Assembly (NCBI GenBank): GCA_963662315.1
Contig: OY759353.1
Coordinates: 2,336,001 to 2,400,000, forward strand
From: Geopsychrobacteraceae bacterium
GTDB lineage: Bacteria > Desulfobacterota > Desulfuromonadia > Desulfuromonadales > Geopsychrobacteraceae
DNA: 64,000 nucleotides
Direction of reading: 5' to 3'
Part shown: one piece after another, positions 61,803-64,000 of the stretch
Position numbering within the stretch: position 1 is the first letter of the stretch
How the letters are laid out: every line of letters begins with the position of its first letter
The notes under the pieces: model-generated
What the model was told of the DNA's origin: nothing
The model's database searches: none
What the model saw: only the letters and a program-made list of their open reading frames with translations
Translations under genes and position numbers: made by a program

Positions 61803-61878
61803 GAATCTCCTTTGTCATCAGTTGAGGTTTGAACATTCATTCATGATTTATGCTTGCAAGACTTACCGTTTTCCCGTC

Positions 61879-63045
61879 TCACAATGCCTGAGGGTAAAAT
61901 TTGCGAGACACGTAAACATTGCCATCCATGATCGGTTTTGCCGTTCGACAAACTCCGGCCTTGAGCAACTCAAAGTGACCGTCTGGCGTTTTTTTCAAAT
62001 CAACAAAAACCTCCAAAACACCAGAGGGGTGTCCGATCCGAACCTCGCCACACAATTGCGCCTGGGAACGACAAACATCATTAACAACCGTCCCCTCAAT
62101 CAAGGCTGCAGTTGCAAGACAAATTCCTCCGGTGACGGCATATGTTTTGTGGAGCTCAGCCATAGCCTTCGTCCGCCCAAGAAGGTCAACAGCCTCGGCA
62201 TTTATTGTTTTACTTTCACTTGATTGGTAATTCTGGGCTGACGCGACAAATGCGACCTTTGGCACAGCTGGGCCAACCTCACTTTTACTTTTCGCCAACC
62301 CCATCATCACTGCGGCACTGGTCCTGATGTCTTCTAAATCTTCAAGAATCTGGGGATTTCCTTCACAATCTGATGGCAGTTCCGTACCAGTGAGACCGAT
62401 TGCTTCAGCTTTTACAAAGACTGCGGGATTGGCAGCATCGACAAGGCTGACATCAACAACACGTCCATCACGCATCACAATGGTGTCGCGGACACTTCCA
62501 GTGGGAAGAAGTTTTCCGGTTTTCGAACCGGCTGAGTTGGGAAAGTTGAGAGAAATTTTAGATCCGGTACCAGGGACTCCGGCTATGGCATAGTCACCAC
62601 CAAAGACAACCTCGCCATCTTTGACGGCAACCTGAGCTTCAATGATTTTTTTGGTGTTGGTGTTGTAGATTACGACATTTGTTACCGGTTCAGTGACTTT
62701 AACCATGCCTTTTAAAATGGCATAGACTCCAACTCCTGAAGATATGTTGCCGCAATTACCTTCGTAATCCACGACTGCTTCCCGAATGCCGACATAGCCA
62801 AAAGTATAATCAATATCAACACCTTCCCGTTTTGAAGGAGCTAAAATTGCAACCTTACTCGTCAAAGGATCCGCGCCACCCATGCCATTGATCTGACGTG
62901 TATCAGGACTGCCATAAATGTCAAGTATCGCCAGATCTCGCGCTGCGGGGTCTTTTGGCAGGTCATCTTCCATTAGATAGACCCCTTTACTTGTTCCTCC
63001 ACGCATAAAAACTGCCGGTATGGTTAAAAACTCGTGCATTCCCAC
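61879..63045 (-). CDS. Second PrpF-family isomerase (aconitate/methylitaconate isomerase-like)
   Basis: 'MRGGTSKG', 'GMGG.DPLTSKVA', 'GNCGNISS', 'IGHPSG', 'RTAKPIMDG.VYV'; first gene of the operon with tctCBA. Confidence 0.9.
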   Translation of the reverse strand: MGMHEFLTIPAVFMRGGTSKGVYLMEDDLPKDPAARDLAILDIYGSPDTRQINGMGGADPLTSKVAILAPSKREGVDIDYTFGYVGIREAVVDYEGNCGNISSGVGVYAILKGMVKVTEPVTNVVIYNTNTKKIIEAQVAVKDGEVVFGGDYAIAGVPGTGSKISLNFPNSAGSKTGKLLPTGSVRDTIVMRDGRVVDVSLVDAANPAVFVKAEAIGLTGTELPSDCEGNPQILEDLEDIRTSAAVMMGLAKSKSEVGPAVPKVAFVASAQNYQSSESKTINAEAVDLLGRTKAMAELHKTYAVTGGICLATAALIEGTVVNDVCRSQAQLCGEVRIGHPSGVLEVFVDLKKTPDGHFELLKAGVCRTAKPIMDGNVYVSRKFYPQAL

Positions 63046-63333
63046 TAACTCCGTTTCTTACACCCCTTCGGGTTGTCGTAAAGATCATCATGATAAAGCA
63101 CAAAAATATTTCTAAGTCAGCTGCGTTACAAACATATAATCATGTTTTAGAAAAGCATCAAGAAACTGGCGTTATTGAGGTTATTGTTGTTTTTTTTCGA
63201 TATTGTCGTTATTGGCATCGAGGCTAAATGACCAGAAAGAAGAGGAGGGTTTTCGCGTCAGGAAAACTTAACGAGGGAACCTTGTTTCAACAGAGTTATC
63301 AACAACCCGGAAAGAGGCTTTTTAAACGTAAAA

Positions 63334-63378
63334 AATGCCTCGCTCAGGAGTATTTATACCTTTCTGAACGAGGCAAAA
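63334..63378 (-). terminator. Terminator after tex
   Basis: AAAAATGCCTCG...CGAGGCAAAA imperfect stem. Confidence 0.6.
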
Positions 63379-63403
63379 GTAGTCTTTATTTTACAAGGTT
63401 TTA

Positions 63404-64000
63404 CTAAGATTTCTTAACCCGAAATCCGGATTTTTCAAGAGCCGCGGCAAGATTGGTTTTCGCCTCTTGAACAGGCGCCTTTTTCTTGGTTCCCCGATTT
63501 TTATCCACAGGGTCCCGTTTGATCGTCGCCGGAGCGTCCTGCTTGCCGGTACGCATGGTTAACGATATCCGCTTGCGTTGTATATCGACCTCAAGCACCC
63601 GGACCTGAACCTGCTGACCAACCTTGACCACCTGATTAGGGTCCTTGACAAAAGTATCTGCTAGCTGGCTGATGTGCACCAGGCCATCCTGGTGAACCCC
63701 GATATCAACAAAAGCACCGAAAGCAGCAACGTTGGTCACCACCCCGTTAAGAGACATCCCCTCTTTAAGGTCCTGAACCTCCGTGACATCGTCACGGAAA
63801 CTGGTCGAGACAAAGGTCTCGCGCGGATCACGCCCCGGCTTTTTCAATTCGGCAATAATATCACGCAAGGTCGGCAGGCCGACCTGATCATCGACATATT
63901 TTTTCAGATCAATTTTCTCGAGCAGCGCAGGCTCGGCAATCAGTTTGTCAAGGGCCAGACCGGCATCGCCAGCCATTTTTTCAACCAGTCCATAGCGTTC
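63404..64000 (-). CDS. tex: Tex family RNA-binding transcription accessory protein, C-terminal part (5' end outside the window)
   Basis: 'GLPTLRDII.ELKKPGRDPR' followed by an S1 domain 'GVVTNVAAFGAFVDIGVHQDGLVHISQL'. Confidence 0.93.
   Translation of the reverse strand, partial: ERYGLVEKMAGDAGLALDKLIAEPALLEKIDLKKYVDDQVGLPTLRDIIAELKKPGRDPRETFVSTSFRDDVTEVQDLKEGMSLNGVVTNVAAFGAFVDIGVHQDGLVHISQLADTFVKDPNQVVKVGQQVQVRVLEVDIQRKRISLTMRTGKQDAPATIKRDPVDKNRGTKKKAPVQEAKTNLAAALEKSGFRVKKS

Noticed and set aside
1..64000. tRNA, rRNA, transposase, integrase or known riboswitch
   Set aside because: None recognised by eye. tRNAscan and Rfam scans would be needed to exclude them formally.

Overview
Bacterial chromosomal window; gene content and codon style suggest an anaerobic deltaproteobacterium, possibly Desulfuromonadales-like (inference only). 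From left to right: (1) a giant minus-strand RTX/T1SS-type protein of at least 2713 aa that runs off the window at position 1 and is absent from the ORF track. It has a hydrophobic N-terminus, an in-frame G9 tract and a translationally coupled upstream membrane protein, a possible toxin/immunity pair. (2) An array of three 436-bp highly structured non-coding repeats (11911-13231), with a fourth inverted copy at 30151-30595. Each unit is built from two inverted hairpin modules that show compensatory substitutions. (3) Housekeeping and accessory genes: TIGR00266/AIM24, trmO, a DUF2868-like plus GTPase pair, a transglutaminase-like protein, sufBCDSE with an IscR-type site, an MCP, an alpha-carbonic anhydrase and a GH114. 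(4) A ~34-kb region enriched in tricarboxylate metabolism: two PrpF-family isomerases, an atypical AcnD/AcnA-like aconitase, AcnB, TcuAB, two complete TctABC transporters, a third degenerate TctAB-like pair with an extra TctC beside a CitA/CitB-type two-component system, a PrpR-like sigma54 activator and a tetraheme flavocytochrome c. amtB, an NhaP-type antiporter, DJ-1/PfpI and TauE genes are interspersed. (5) The 3' end of tex. No rRNA, tRNA, CRISPR array or transposase was recognised.
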